From an uncultured Mycoplasmatota bacterium (GTDB taxonomy: Bacteria; Bacillota_I; Bacilli_A; RF39; UBA660), in contig CAOKBR010000003.1 in NCBI GenBank assembly GCA_948466735.1, forward strand, positions 1-56,208: 56,208 nt of DNA, written 5' to 3'. Made by a program: the position numbers and the translations under genes. Positions 19,914 through 30,329 of this stretch are shown piece by piece; the first letter of the stretch is position 1, and each line of letters starts with the position of its first letter. Under the pieces are notes generated by a model. It saw only the letters and a program-made list of their open reading frames with translations. It did no database searches and had not been told where the DNA came from.

Positions 19914-21203
19914 TTAACTTGCAATTTCCTTTTTCCAAGATAATATCTTATATACTGATTGATTAATCTTTTCTATATCAATTCGATTAGATTTTACCGC
20001 TTCTACTACTGCATTAATCTGCGTTTTATAATTGGTTGAGATGATCATATCATTTCCTGCTTCTACCGCTAAAACTGCTGCTTCTTCTTCTCCAAAGTTA
20101 TCCTTTACTGCTCCCATATACACATCATCAGTAATAATTACCCCGTTGAATCCTAATTCATTACGTAATATTTCATGAACCTTCTTGGATAAGGAAGCTG
20201 GATAGTCTTTATCCATACTAACAACGGTATTATGCGATACCATAATGGCTTCTACCCCTTCAATAATTCCTGCTTTAAAAGGAAGAAAATCATTCTTTTG
20301 AAAATTTTCATAACTTCGTTCATCCAGCGCTGCTCCATTATGCGTATCTTTATTATTTCCATATCCTGGGAAATGTTTTAAGCAGGAAGATAGACCATTT
20401 TCTTTATTTACCTTTATGAGTTCTTTAATATAATTTGCTGTTTCAGTTGCATCTTTACCAAAAGTACGGCGATAAATATAATCATTTGGACTTGTGGAAA
20501 CATCTGCTACAGGAGCTAAATTCAACTTTATTCCAAGACTTAAAAGTAGTTTGGCTTTTTCCTTAGCATCATTTAAAATCGCATCCATTCCACCCATTTT
20601 ATATAACTCTTGAGAAGATTTAAAGGGTTCACTTCTAAACTCTTTAAAACTACTAACCCGATTAACAATTCCCCCTTCTTCATCAATAGCAAAAAGTAGT
20701 GGAATCTTTGATGCATTTTGATAACTTTGTAATTTATTGATGAACGAATCCTTTGTATTTCCTTCAATATCAGGCTTAAATAACACAACTGATCCTAAAT
20801 GATAATTTTTAATATCCTCAGTAAAATTTTTACTTCCAATGGGAATTCTTACCATAAACATTTGTCCAACTTTCTCTTCAATGGACATTACCTTTAACTC
20901 TTCTAAAACTTGATCAAGTTCATACTTTTTTATTATGGTTAACGTTTTTACCAAATTATTCTTATTTTCAATATATTTAACTTTAACAATATCGCCAACA
21001 TTTAGTTTCCTCTTTTCTATTTTAGAAATATCAAAAGCTTCTTCCATTTGTTCTTTTTCTATATAGATAGTATCTTCACTAATTTGTTTAATTGACCCTT
21101 CTAGTGTTTTCACTACATCCTTTTGATAAGGAAATAAAAGTAAAATAATTCCTACGATGACAATAGTTAAAATAAATAACGCTATTCCTATTCTTTTTTT
21201 CAT
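19914..21203 (-). CDS. Membrane-anchored GH3 beta-N-acetylhexosaminidase (NagZ-like)
   Basis: AIDEEGG.V.R, NLAPVADV, KHFPGYG..DTH, IITDD..M. Confidence 0.9.
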   Translation of the reverse strand: MKKRIGIALFILTIVIVGIILLLFPYQKDVVKTLEGSIKQISEDTIYIEKEQMEEAFDISKIEKRKLNVGDIVKVKYIENKNNLVKTLTIIKKYELDQVLEELKVMSIEEKVGQMFMVRIPIGSKNFTEDIKNYHLGSVVLFKPDIEGNTKDSFINKLQSYQNASKIPLLFAIDEEGGIVNRVSSFKEFRSEPFKSSQELYKMGGMDAILNDAKEKAKLLLSLGIKLNLAPVADVSTSPNDYIYRRTFGKDATETANYIKELIKVNKENGLSSCLKHFPGYGNNKDTHNGAALDERSYENFQKNDFLPFKAGIIEGVEAIMVSHNTVVSMDKDYPASLSKKVHEILRNELGFNGVIITDDVYMGAVKDNFGEEEAAVLAVEAGNDMIISTNYKTQINAVVEAVKSNRIDIEKINQSVYKILSWKKEIAS

Positions 21204-21211
21204 TACTCTAC

Positions 21212-21874
21212 CTATAAACCTTTTTTAGCATATACATTCACCCTTACCTCATAACGTTGAGGAACTCCTTCTATTTGGGCATTTTCATCTACCCACATGC
21301 GAAGTCGATAATGATTTATCGTAGTTCCTTTTTTATTAAAGCTTGATGTTTCCATAACCATTGAGCCTGCTGGTGAACCATTGTTAGATGCTACGGTTAA
21401 GGGAATAAAATGACTTGGTGCCATAACTTCTTGATATGTTGTATCTGAATCTATCATTTTTTCTAAATACAATTTTACCTCATCATCCCCTAGTGCTCCT
21501 AAAGAGCCTGTTTCTACTATCTCCTGTTTCACCGCTGTTACTTCATAAGGAATGTTGATATCACTAGATAAAGTTGCTTCTACAGTAAAATCAAAACTTT
21601 TTCCATCTCCTGATAATAATTTTCCCATTTCATCACTAACAGGAAAGACATCAACTAAATTAATTCCCGTTGCCCCTTCGGTATAAGTTAATTGAATAGT
21701 CCCTGTGGTAATTATGTTTTCTACCTGGCCTTCCTTAGCAAAAGTAAAGGCCGCATAAGTAAATCCAATTGTTAATAACATTAAAATTGCTACATACCCT
21801 ACATTAAACCAAAATTTTATTTTTTCTTTCATTTTCTTTTTCCTTTTCCTATTTTTATCATAATAAATTCCCAT
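21212..21874 (-). CDS. SipW-signal TasA/camelysin-like surface protein (core domain only)
   Basis: IGFTYAAFTF signal, LTYTEG, FDFTV, VKLYL, HYRLRMWVDE, Y.VRVNVYAK; likely start MKEKIK. Confidence 0.75.
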   Translation of the reverse strand: MGIYYDKNRKRKKKMKEKIKFWFNVGYVAILMLLTIGFTYAAFTFAKEGQVENIITTGTIQLTYTEGATGINLVDVFPVSDEMGKLLSGDGKSFDFTVEATLSSDINIPYEVTAVKQEIVETGSLGALGDDEVKLYLEKMIDSDTTYQEVMAPSHFIPLTVASNNGSPAGSMVMETSSFNKKGTTINHYRLRMWVDENAQIEGVPQRYEVRVNVYAKKGL

Positions 21875-21912
21875 TTATCGTACCATAATTTTAAAATTTT
21901 GTAAACGATTGC

Positions 21913-22131
21913 AAAAGAAAAAACTTTCTAAGAAAGTTAACAAATAAGTAACATATATTTCAAAGAAAAAGAAGAGGTACTTGATAACACTTTGTTACGG
22001 GCACTCAAGATATACATGAGTCGATATCCATAATGAAAGGCAATTAGATATTTGTCTTATTCGCTCATTAAATAAGACCTTCTAATAACAAAATGCCAAA
22101 CCTATTCTTCTCTAGGGAAGTTTCCTTCACC
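21913..22131 (-). ncRNA. Unassigned structured RNA, ~220 nt (6S-like candidate)
   Basis: Own promoter and terminator; long stem pairing 22085-22113 with 21967-21998; internal hairpins; no ORF. Confidence 0.6.
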
Positions 22132-22137
22132 AACTAA

Positions 22138-22166
22138 AGAATACCACGTACTAACGTGAAAGTCAA
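22138..22166 (-). promoter_or_regulatory. Sigma-A promoter
   Basis: TTGACT-17 bp-TATTCT with TG extension. Confidence 0.7.
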
Positions 22167-22266
22167 CTTTTTTGTCAAATGTAATTATTTCGTGTCAAAA
22201 TCATCGTTTTGAAAAAAATTATAAATTCGACATTTTTTTCTCTATGGTAGAAATGATTGTCATAAT

Positions 22267-23808
22267 ATGATAGAATATGATAAAGAGGTTGATTTTATGC
22301 TAGCGAAATATTGTAAACAAATCAAAGATATTTTGTTGTGTCTTCTCTTAGCCTTTGGTGGACTACTTATAGTATCAAAGTGTTCTTTGTTATATCCCTT
22401 ACAAGACTGGGTTGACACAAATTGTTTTTTTACTATGGGAAGAGGTATGTTTCATGGACTAGTACCTTATCAAGATTTATTTGAGCAAAAAGGTCCCTTA
22501 TTATATTTTTATCATTTAATTGCAGTAGCTATTAGTGAAACAAGTTTCCTTGGTGTATTTATTTTAGAAGTCTTATCATATACTTTATTTCTTTATTATT
22601 TAAAAAAGATTCTTGCCTATTTTATTACCGATCATAGTAAATGTGTGATTTTAACAATGCTTGCTGTGCTATTTACCCTAACCATGCGTTCATTTCATTT
22701 TGGTGATAGTGCTGAGGAATTTTGCCTTCCCTTTATTACCATTCAATTTTATCATCTAATTAAACTAGTAAAAACGAAAAAACTAAGAAAAAAAGAATTA
22801 TTTGTGGATGGTTTTCTAGCAGGTTGTACTTTCATGATCAAATATACCTTATTAGGCTTCTTCATTGGTTATGGAATTACTTTAACAATAACTTATTTCA
22901 TGAAAAAAGAGAAAAAAGAAATTCTAAGTGCTTACCTATATTTATTTCTAGGTGGAATACTGGCAATTTGCCCATGGCTTATCTATTTTATTATTACAAA
23001 AGGATTAAAAGATTTTATTCACGTTTATTTTGTATTAAATATTACTAAATACTCATCTCCTTTTGGAGGATTATTTAAAAAAATTTATCACATCATTAGT
23101 ACTTGTTTCTATAATTTAACCAAACATCCCCTTTATGCTTTAATCACTCTACCTGGTATAATTAATTTCTTTATCAAAAGAAAAAGTGATTTTCTAAAGC
23201 TAGACGAAAAGTGTCTATTATTTATTCCTTTATTAACAACCATTACTTTTGTCTACATTGGTAAATCGTTTAAATATTATTTCTTTATTCTAGCTTTATT
23301 TATCGTTTTTGGACTACTATTTTTAAATCAATATTTACTAAAGAAAAAAAGTTATTCTAAGTTAGTAATCATTACTTGTTTTATTTCTTTATTTCCTTTA
23401 ATTTTTCTACTTAGTAAAAACACTAAAGATATGTTTTATCCAAAAGATTATTATGCCCAGGTGGTATTTGCTAATAAAATTAAGGAAAGTGGTGTAGATA
23501 ATCCTACTTTATTAAATTATGGATTTTTAGATGGAGGATTTTATTTTACTACCAATACCTTACCTAACACTTATTACTTTCAACAAAATAACTTCGATTA
23601 TGAAATTTTTCCTGATAATAAAGATGCACAAGATAATTATGTAAAATCCAGTCGATGTGACTTTATTATATTACGTTTAAAGGATGAAACATTCACCTAT
23701 CTTGATCCTTTATTTAAAAATTATCAAGTCATTGCCATTCATGAACAAAAAACAGAAAATTTTCAAGCAACTTATATTCTTTTAGAACACAAAAAACATT
23801 TAAGCTAA
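22267..23808 (+). CDS. Polytopic GT-C-type glycosyltransferase (GT39/ArnT-like)
   Basis: DTNCFFTMG..G.VPYQDLFEQKGPLLY; multiple TMs; likely start at MLAKY. Confidence 0.75.
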   Translation: MIEYDKEVDFMLAKYCKQIKDILLCLLLAFGGLLIVSKCSLLYPLQDWVDTNCFFTMGRGMFHGLVPYQDLFEQKGPLLYFYHLIAVAISETSFLGVFILEVLSYTLFLYYLKKILAYFITDHSKCVILTMLAVLFTLTMRSFHFGDSAEEFCLPFITIQFYHLIKLVKTKKLRKKELFVDGFLAGCTFMIKYTLLGFFIGYGITLTITYFMKKEKKEILSAYLYLFLGGILAICPWLIYFIITKGLKDFIHVYFVLNITKYSSPFGGLFKKIYHIISTCFYNLTKHPLYALITLPGIINFFIKRKSDFLKLDEKCLLFIPLLTTITFVYIGKSFKYYFFILALFIVFGLLFLNQYLLKKKSYSKLVIITCFISLFPLIFLLSKNTKDMFYPKDYYAQVVFANKIKESGVDNPTLLNYGFLDGGFYFTTNTLPNTYYFQQNNFDYEIFPDNKDAQDNYVKSSRCDFIILRLKDETFTYLDPLFKNYQVIAIHEQKTENFQATYILLEHKKHLS

Positions 23809-23820
23809 AGAAAAGACGAT

Positions 23821-24540
23821 TTAATTAGTCGTCTTTTTTCTTTTTTGATATTGAATCGCTGCTTTAATAAACATATCGAAAATCTTTTTTTCTTTTGCAT
23901 CTATTCTAACTAATCGTTCTGGATGCCATTGTAATCCTAGATGAAAACTACATTTTGGATATTCTAGTGCTTCAATTAGTCCATCAAATGAATAAGCTAC
24001 TACTTGATAATGTTTATTTTCTATAGCATGATAGCGATGAAGACTATTTACCATAAGTTCTTCTTTTCCGATGATTTGATAAAGTAAGCTATCCTTTTTA
24101 ATGGTAACCAAATGAACATAATCTTTATCAATCATCCGATGATCTAGTCCTTTTTCATCGTTTGGTTCTACAAATATTTTATCATGATAACAAGACATAA
24201 TTTGCATACCTAAGCAAATACCCAAAATAGGAATATCTTTTTCTATGGCATACTCTAGTGCATAAAAGTCCTGCTCGCACATCTTGTTTCCCCCAGGAAG
24301 TAAAATGCCATCTAATAAATCTAATTCGCTTCTTAACATTTCTTTTTCTTCCAAAGTCATTTTAGGAATTTCACTTAACTTCGTTTGGTAATAGTAAACA
24401 TCTTGAATTGGAGTAATCGCTACAGGTATCCCATTAGAATTTAGAATCGCACACCGATACGCTTCTTCCATCGCTAAAGAAGACTCATCAACTAAATTCA
24501 TCGTCGGGCGAAGCATAATTCCAATTCTTGGTTTACGCAT
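23821..24540 (-). CDS. Gamma-glutamyl-gamma-aminobutyrate hydrolase family (peptidase C26)
   Basis: LLPGG, LGICLGMQ, VNSLH, QWHPE. Confidence 0.9.
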   Translation of the reverse strand: MRKPRIGIMLRPTMNLVDESSLAMEEAYRCAILNSNGIPVAITPIQDVYYYQTKLSEIPKMTLEEKEMLRSELDLLDGILLPGGNKMCEQDFYALEYAIEKDIPILGICLGMQIMSCYHDKIFVEPNDEKGLDHRMIDKDYVHLVTIKKDSLLYQIIGKEELMVNSLHRYHAIENKHYQVVAYSFDGLIEALEYPKCSFHLGLQWHPERLVRIDAKEKKIFDMFIKAAIQYQKRKKTTN

Positions 24541-27265
24541 TATCTTCTACCACATCATGACAACGCTTACAAACATCATTTATCATTTCATCTTCCATAA
24601 AATAGTTCCAACAACGTTGACAACGAACGCCATCAAATGGTTCTACCTTAACACCTACATGTTGATAACGTGGCAAGTCTTCAGTAGTTAAAATTACATC
24701 AGATACAATAAATAATCGCTTAAATTCACTACCTAACATAGTGGCAACATTTTGATACTTCTCTCCTAGATTTAAATAAACTCTAGCTTCTAATCCTTTA
24801 CCAATAAGTTTAGTTGCGCGTGCTTCCTCTAAAGCCTTATAAACATCATCTTTAATTTCAAAAAATTCATCAAATAATGATAAAATTTCATCTTTATTTT
24901 GATAATTCACAATGTCTTTCATCGATAATAAATGTACACTTTCCTCTTTTACTCCAGGCATCATTTGGTAAACTTCTTCACTAGTATAAGGTAGGATTGG
25001 TGCTAAAAGTCGTACCATAACATCTAAAACTTCACAAATTACCGTTTGAACACTGCGTCTTACTAGGGAATCTTGTTTTTCAATGTATAAAATATCCTTA
25101 GTAAAATCTAAATAAAAGTTTGATAAAGTAAAAGATACAAAATTGTTAATTGTTTTATAAATTTCTTGGAACTCATAATTTTGATAATCTTCAATGATCT
25201 TTTTTGCTGTTTGATTAAGTTTTACCATCATATATTGATCGTACTTCATCATATTTTTAAAATCAACTTTATCCTTACTAGGGTTAAAATCAAATAAGTT
25301 TCCAAGTAAGAAACGATAGGTATTTCTAATTTTACGGTAACTTTCTTTTACTTGATCAAGTAATTCAGGACTCATTTTAAAGTCTTCTGTATAATCAACA
25401 CTTGCTACCCATAAACGTAGGATATCTGCTCCATCTTTTTCTACAATATCACTTGGGGCAATGGTATTTCCAATACTTTTTGACATTTTAACGCCTTTTC
25501 CATCTAAAGTGAAACCATGAGATACTACTTGTTTGTAAGGTGCTTTTCCATGTACCGCATAACCGCAGATTAAAGAAGAGTTAAACCAACCACGATATTG
25601 ATCGCTTCCTTCTAGATAAACATCTGCTGGATACGGTAAGCCTCTTTCTACTAAAACGCTAGTATGGGTACTTCCTGAATCAAACCATACATCCATGATA
25701 TCTTCTTCTTTAGTAAAGTTACCATTTGGACTTTTAAGATTCGTATATCCTTCTGGTAATAGTTCCTTAGCACTTTTGGAAAACCAAATATCACTGCCAT
25801 ATTTTCTAAATAAATCAGCAATATGCATCATAACTTTTTCATCTAAGATTTCACTACCATCTTCATTATAGAATATAGGAAGTGGTACACCCCAAACTCT
25901 TTGTCGAGAAATACACCAGTCTCCACGATCAGCAATCATATTATGTAAGCGAATTCTTCCCCATTCAGGATGCCAAGTAACATTTTCATCGATTTCTTTT
26001 AACAAGCCATCCCGAATTTTATCAATGCTACAAAACCATTGTGGTGTTGCTCTAAATATTACTGGTTTTTTTGTACGCCAATCATGAGGATATGAGTGGG
26101 TAATCATTTTTAGTTTTAGTAAAATACCTAATTCTTCTAATTTTTTTGTTATTTCTTTATTCGCATCTTCAAAATATAAACCTTGAAATTCTCCTGATTC
26201 TAAAGTTAAAACTCCTTGATCATTTACTCCGTTAATCATTCCTAATTTGTATTTATTTCCAATGATGAAGTCATCCACTCCATAACTTGGGGCAATATGA
26301 ACTAGTCCTGATCCTGAATCTAAAGTAACATGATGTCCTAAAACAACTTTACTATCACGATCCATTAATGGATGATGATAAGTAACTCCTAGTAAATCAC
26401 TTCCCATAAAAGTTGAGGTAACTTGGTAGTTAGTAAACTCAAATTCTTGACATAGTGACTCTACTAATTCTGTTGCCATAATATAATTTTTACCATCAAC
26501 AGCTACTTTGCTATAGGAAAATTTTTCACCTACAGCAATTGCTAAGTTTCCAGGTAACGTCCAAGGGGTTGTTGTCCATATTACTAAACTATCATTGGAA
26601 TCAACAAAATCATTTCCTATAACTATTGGAAAAGCAACAAAAATAGATGGATCTGTTCTATCTTTATATTCGATTTCTGCTTCTGCTAGGGCTGACTCAC
26701 TAGATGGTGACCAATAGACAGGTTTTAATCCTTTATAAATCAATCCTTTTTTAGCCATTTCACAAAATACTTCAATTTGTCTAGCTTCCATTTCTTTTTG
26801 TAAGGTAATATAAGGATTTTTATAGTCTCCAATCACATTTAAAGTAAGGAAATCTTTTTTTTGTAGTTCTACTTGTTTTAAGGCGTATTCATGACACAAT
26901 TTACGAAATTCTAGCTTAGTCATTTCTTTACGATTTACACCGCTATTAGTAATTGCTTGTTCAATTGGTAAGCCATGGGTATCCCATCCTGGAATATAAG
27001 GAGAAAAATACCCTAACATCAATCTTGATCTAGTGATGAAATCTTTTAATACTTTATTTAGCGAGTGTCCTAAATGAATAGAACCATTCGCATACGGTGG
27101 ACCATCATGCAAAATAAAGGTAGGATTTCCTTCATTTTTCTTTAACATTTTTTGATATAAATCCATATTTTCCCAAATTTCACGTTGTTTTTTCTCGTTC
27201 TCTGGTAAATTGCCACGCATTTGAAAATTGGTTTGTGGCATTAGTAAACTTTCTTTGTAATCCAT
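24533..27265 (-). CDS. ileS: Isoleucine--tRNA ligase (type 1)
   Basis: LHDGPPYANG.HLGH, DWCISRQR, KMSKS, C-terminal Zn finger. Confidence 0.97.
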   Translation of the reverse strand: MDYKESLLMPQTNFQMRGNLPENEKKQREIWENMDLYQKMLKKNEGNPTFILHDGPPYANGSIHLGHSLNKVLKDFITRSRLMLGYFSPYIPGWDTHGLPIEQAITNSGVNRKEMTKLEFRKLCHEYALKQVELQKKDFLTLNVIGDYKNPYITLQKEMEARQIEVFCEMAKKGLIYKGLKPVYWSPSSESALAEAEIEYKDRTDPSIFVAFPIVIGNDFVDSNDSLVIWTTTPWTLPGNLAIAVGEKFSYSKVAVDGKNYIMATELVESLCQEFEFTNYQVTSTFMGSDLLGVTYHHPLMDRDSKVVLGHHVTLDSGSGLVHIAPSYGVDDFIIGNKYKLGMINGVNDQGVLTLESGEFQGLYFEDANKEITKKLEELGILLKLKMITHSYPHDWRTKKPVIFRATPQWFCSIDKIRDGLLKEIDENVTWHPEWGRIRLHNMIADRGDWCISRQRVWGVPLPIFYNEDGSEILDEKVMMHIADLFRKYGSDIWFSKSAKELLPEGYTNLKSPNGNFTKEEDIMDVWFDSGSTHTSVLVERGLPYPADVYLEGSDQYRGWFNSSLICGYAVHGKAPYKQVVSHGFTLDGKGVKMSKSIGNTIAPSDIVEKDGADILRLWVASVDYTEDFKMSPELLDQVKESYRKIRNTYRFLLGNLFDFNPSKDKVDFKNMMKYDQYMMVKLNQTAKKIIEDYQNYEFQEIYKTINNFVSFTLSNFYLDFTKDILYIEKQDSLVRRSVQTVICEVLDVMVRLLAPILPYTSEEVYQMMPGVKEESVHLLSMKDIVNYQNKDEILSLFDEFFEIKDDVYKALEEARATKLIGKGLEARVYLNLGEKYQNVATMLGSEFKRLFIVSDVILTTEDLPRYQHVGVKVEPFDGVRCQRCWNYFMEDEMINDVCKRCHDVVEDNA

Positions 27266-27298
27266 ATTTATCTCTCTCCTTAATTTTATTTAAAAAAC

Positions 27299-27515
27299 AA
27301 AAAATAGACCTCCTGTTAAAGGACGTCTATCTCACGCGGTACCACCTTTATTTATGGATAATTCCATACTCTTGATTCACATAACGGGTGAATGCGGCTT
27401 TATCTTATCCATAAAGCACACTTGAAAGTGATTCTAGGATAGGCTTATTATCTTCTTCCACCAAACGAAGACTCTCTATTAATAAGGCTTTATTCCTACG
27501 TCTTTCGCACTTGTT
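27299..27515 (-). promoter_or_regulatory. T-box leader, Ile specifier
   Basis: AAAGGTGGTACCGCG at 27335-27349; specifier ATC at 27430-27432; AGAGA/GGTG stem I motifs; terminator hairpin. Confidence 0.93.
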
Positions 27516-27598
27516 TTTTCTGATATAGAATATAACACAAATTTATTTGTTTAGCAAGAGAAAATCAAACAAATTCATTGATGAAACCATTAACCTAA

Positions 27599-28468
27599 TT
27601 ATTTGATTTGGTTCATTACTTCTTGAGCAAAGTCTTCTTGTTTTTTCTCGATTCCTTCGCCTACTGCAAATCTTGTCATGGAAATTACTGTACCATTATT
27701 TTTCTTAACATAAGCTTCTACAGTTAAATCGTTTTCTTTAATGAATGGTTGTTCTAATAAACAAATTTCTTTATAGAATTTATTTAAGCGACCCTGTACC
27801 ATTTTCTCAGCAATATCAGCAGGTTTTCCTTCGTTCATGACTTGTTCTTTGATAACACTAGCTTCTCTATCTAGCATATCAGATGGAACTTGTTCACGTG
27901 ATAAGCACACTGGATTCATTGCAGCAACGTGCATAGCAACATCTTTTGCTACTTCATCATTTGCACCATCAACAATTACTAAAGCACCAATTTTTCCACC
28001 CATATGTAAATAACTTCCAAAATGCTCAGTAGACGTTTTTTGTACTTTAACAAAACGACGGAAACTAATTTTTTCTCCAATTTTAGCAGTAATTGCTACA
28101 ATTTTATCCTGAATTGTTTCCCCATTTACTTGATAAGATAGTACTTCCTCATTTTCTTTTAATGGACTATTTAAAATAATATTAGCAAGTTCATTAACAA
28201 AGTTTTTAAATTCATCGTTTTTCGCTACGAAATCTGTTTCTGAGTTTACTTCTAATATTACTGCTTCGCTATCGTTAGAAACAATAGTACATAATCCCTC
28301 AGCTGCAATTCTATCTTCTTTTTTCTCAGCTTTACTGATTCCTTTTTTTCTTAACCAATCAACAGCTTCTTCTAAATTGCCATTAGTAGCCTCTAAAGCT
28401 TTCTTACAATCTAGCATTCCTGCTCCAGTTTTTTCTCTTAATTCTTTTACATCGCTTGCACTAAACAT
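27599..28468 (-). CDS. tsf: Elongation factor Ts
   Basis: VKELREKTGAGMLDCKKAL, EVNSETDFVAKN. Confidence 0.97.
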   Translation of the reverse strand: MFSASDVKELREKTGAGMLDCKKALEATNGNLEEAVDWLRKKGISKAEKKEDRIAAEGLCTIVSNDSEAVILEVNSETDFVAKNDEFKNFVNELANIILNSPLKENEEVLSYQVNGETIQDKIVAITAKIGEKISFRRFVKVQKTSTEHFGSYLHMGGKIGALVIVDGANDEVAKDVAMHVAAMNPVCLSREQVPSDMLDREASVIKEQVMNEGKPADIAEKMVQGRLNKFYKEICLLEQPFIKENDLTVEAYVKKNNGTVISMTRFAVGEGIEKKQEDFAQEVMNQIK

Positions 28469-28488
28469 AATTTTCCTCCTTTATGATG

Positions 28489-28514
28489 AAAAAAGGTAAT
28501 CTAAGACTACCTTT
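28489..28514 (-). terminator. Terminator between rpsB and tsf
   Basis: AGGTAGTC-TTA-GATTACCT then T-run. Confidence 0.65.
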
Positions 28515-29425
28515 TATTGAATTGCATCAATTAATTCTTGCTTTTTCATGGTAGAATATCCTTCTACACCTTTACTCTTAGCAATTTCTCTTAATTCTGC
28601 AACAGTCATTTTGCTATGATCGGTAGTATGATTTTCTTCTTGTTTATTTTCTATTACTTGCTCTTGAATCTCTTCTTTTTCTTCAACGTTTCCATCTTTT
28701 CTAGGTTTCTTCTTTTCATCTTCGCTAACAAAATCTAATACTTCGCATCCATTAACTTCAGCAATGGCATTTGCTAATACGTTGATTATTAATTTAACAG
28801 CACGAACAGCATCATCGTTACCTGGAATTACATAATCTACCATATCTGGATCACAGTTCGTATCAACGATTCCAAATACTGGAATATTTAAAATACGTGC
28901 TTCTTTAATCGCAATTTCTTCTTTACGTGGATCAACGATAATCATAGCATTTGGCATTTTCTTCATTTCACGAATTCCGCCTAAATTTTTTACTAATTTT
29001 TCGTATTCCTTTTTAATTTGAATAACTTCTTTTTTAGGAAGTAAATCAAATGTTCCATTTTGTTCCATTGCTTCGATCTCTTCGATACGTTTAATTCTAG
29101 AACGAATAGTTTTGAAGTTTGTTAGTGTTCCTCCTAGCCAACGCTCATTAACATAGTACATATTAGTACGCTTTGCTGCTTCCTCTGCTGCTTCTTGTGC
29201 TTGTTTTTTTGTTCCTACAAATAAGAAACTTCCGCCTTCTTCTGCAATTTTCTTCATTGCTTCATAAGCTTCTTCGATTTTCTTTACTGTTTTTTGTAAA
29301 TCGATAATATAAATATCATCACGAGTAGTGAAGATGTACTCTTTCATTTTTGGATTCCATCTTCTTTTTTGATGTCCAAAGTGAACACCTGCTTCTAATA
29401 AATAATTCATTGATACAACTGACAT
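28514..29425 (-). CDS. rpsB: 30S protein uS2 with C-terminal Rho-N-like extension
   Basis: [21 protein letters not shown]; extra tail [29 protein letters not shown]. Confidence 0.97.
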   Translation of the reverse strand: MSVVSMNYLLEAGVHFGHQKRRWNPKMKEYIFTTRDDIYIIDLQKTVKKIEEAYEAMKKIAEEGGSFLFVGTKKQAQEAAEEAAKRTNMYYVNERWLGGTLTNFKTIRSRIKRIEEIEAMEQNGTFDLLPKKEVIQIKKEYEKLVKNLGGIREMKKMPNAMIIVDPRKEEIAIKEARILNIPVFGIVDTNCDPDMVDYVIPGNDDAVRAVKLIINVLANAIAEVNGCEVLDFVSEDEKKKPRKDGNVEEKEEIQEQVIENKQEENHTTDHSKMTVAELREIAKSKGVEGYSTMKKQELIDAIQ

Positions 29426-29443
29426 AATTTTCTTTTCCTTTCG

Positions 29444-29510
29444 TTTTACTTCTATTAACTTCCAAAAAACACCACCGTATTCGGCACTCGGTATTTCAAT
29501 TCATTAATAT
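29444..29510 (-). promoter_or_regulatory. Putative S2 autoregulatory leader
   Basis: Structured, GC-richer segment (ACCGAGTGCCGAATACGGTGGTG) directly upstream of rpsB. Confidence 0.6.
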
Positions 29511-29512
29511 GA

Positions 29513-30094
29513 TTATTTTTCTAATGCGTCAATTAATTCTTGTTTTTTCATCGTAGAATATCCTTCTACACCTTTATTTTTCGCAGTTTCTCTTAATTCT
29601 GCAACAGTCATTTTGCTATAATCAGTAACCTTCTTTTCTACTTTTTTCACATCTTTTTTAGTAGTTTCATTCTTTTCTACTACTTTTACAGTTTCTTTTT
29701 CTTTTTTCTCTTTAACGGTAGTAGTCTTAGTTACTTTTCCTTCTTTTCCATCGCGAGCAATTTTGACTAATTCACTAAATGTTTTAGGATCACTAATTGC
29801 AATCTCACTTAACATTTTACGATTGATTTCTACTCCTGCTTTATTTAGTCCTTCAATAAAGCGTGAATAACTAATTTCATTTTCACGACATGCCGCATTA
29901 ATTCTTGTAATCCATAACTTACGGAAATCTCTTTTTCTTTGTTTACGATCACGGAATGCATATTGTCCTGAATGCATTAATTGTTCTTTTGCACTTTTAT
30001 ATAATCTATGTTTACTTCCAAAGTAACCTTTTGCTTGCTTCAATACTTTTTTATGACGCGCTTTTGTAACAGCGCCATTTTTCACTCTTGCCAT
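29513..30094 (-). CDS. rplT: 50S protein bL20 with C-terminal K/E/T linker and Rho-N-like extension
   Basis: [22 protein letters not shown]; ~75 extra aa. Confidence 0.97.
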   Translation of the reverse strand: MARVKNGAVTKARHKKVLKQAKGYFGSKHRLYKSAKEQLMHSGQYAFRDRKQRKRDFRKLWITRINAACRENEISYSRFIEGLNKAGVEINRKMLSEIAISDPKTFSELVKIARDGKEGKVTKTTTVKEKKEKETVKVVEKNETTKKDVKKVEKKVTDYSKMTVAELRETAKNKGVEGYSTMKKQELIDALEK

Positions 30095-30121
30095 ATTAAC
30101 TCCTCCTTCTGGTTTAAGTAA

Positions 30122-30316
30122 TTATTTTACAATAATATTTTTTAAACGGTTGTAATCTGCTTTAGAAAGATTTGCACCTTTTCTTTTTTTACGATTACTT
30201 GCTGCGTTTTTCTTTCCCATATTATGTCTACTACCAGGACGTCCTGTTGTGATAGTTCCACTTTTTCTAACTTTGAATACTTTTTTTGTTCCTTTATGTG
30301 TCTTTAATTTAGGCAT
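30122..30316 (-). CDS. rpmI: 50S protein bL35
   Basis: MPKLKTHKG; position between infC and rplT. Confidence 0.93.
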   Translation of the reverse strand: MPKLKTHKGTKKVFKVRKSGTITTGRPGSRHNMGKKNAASNRKKRKGANLSKADYNRLKNIIVK

Positions 30317-30329
30317 ACTTCTTCCTCCC

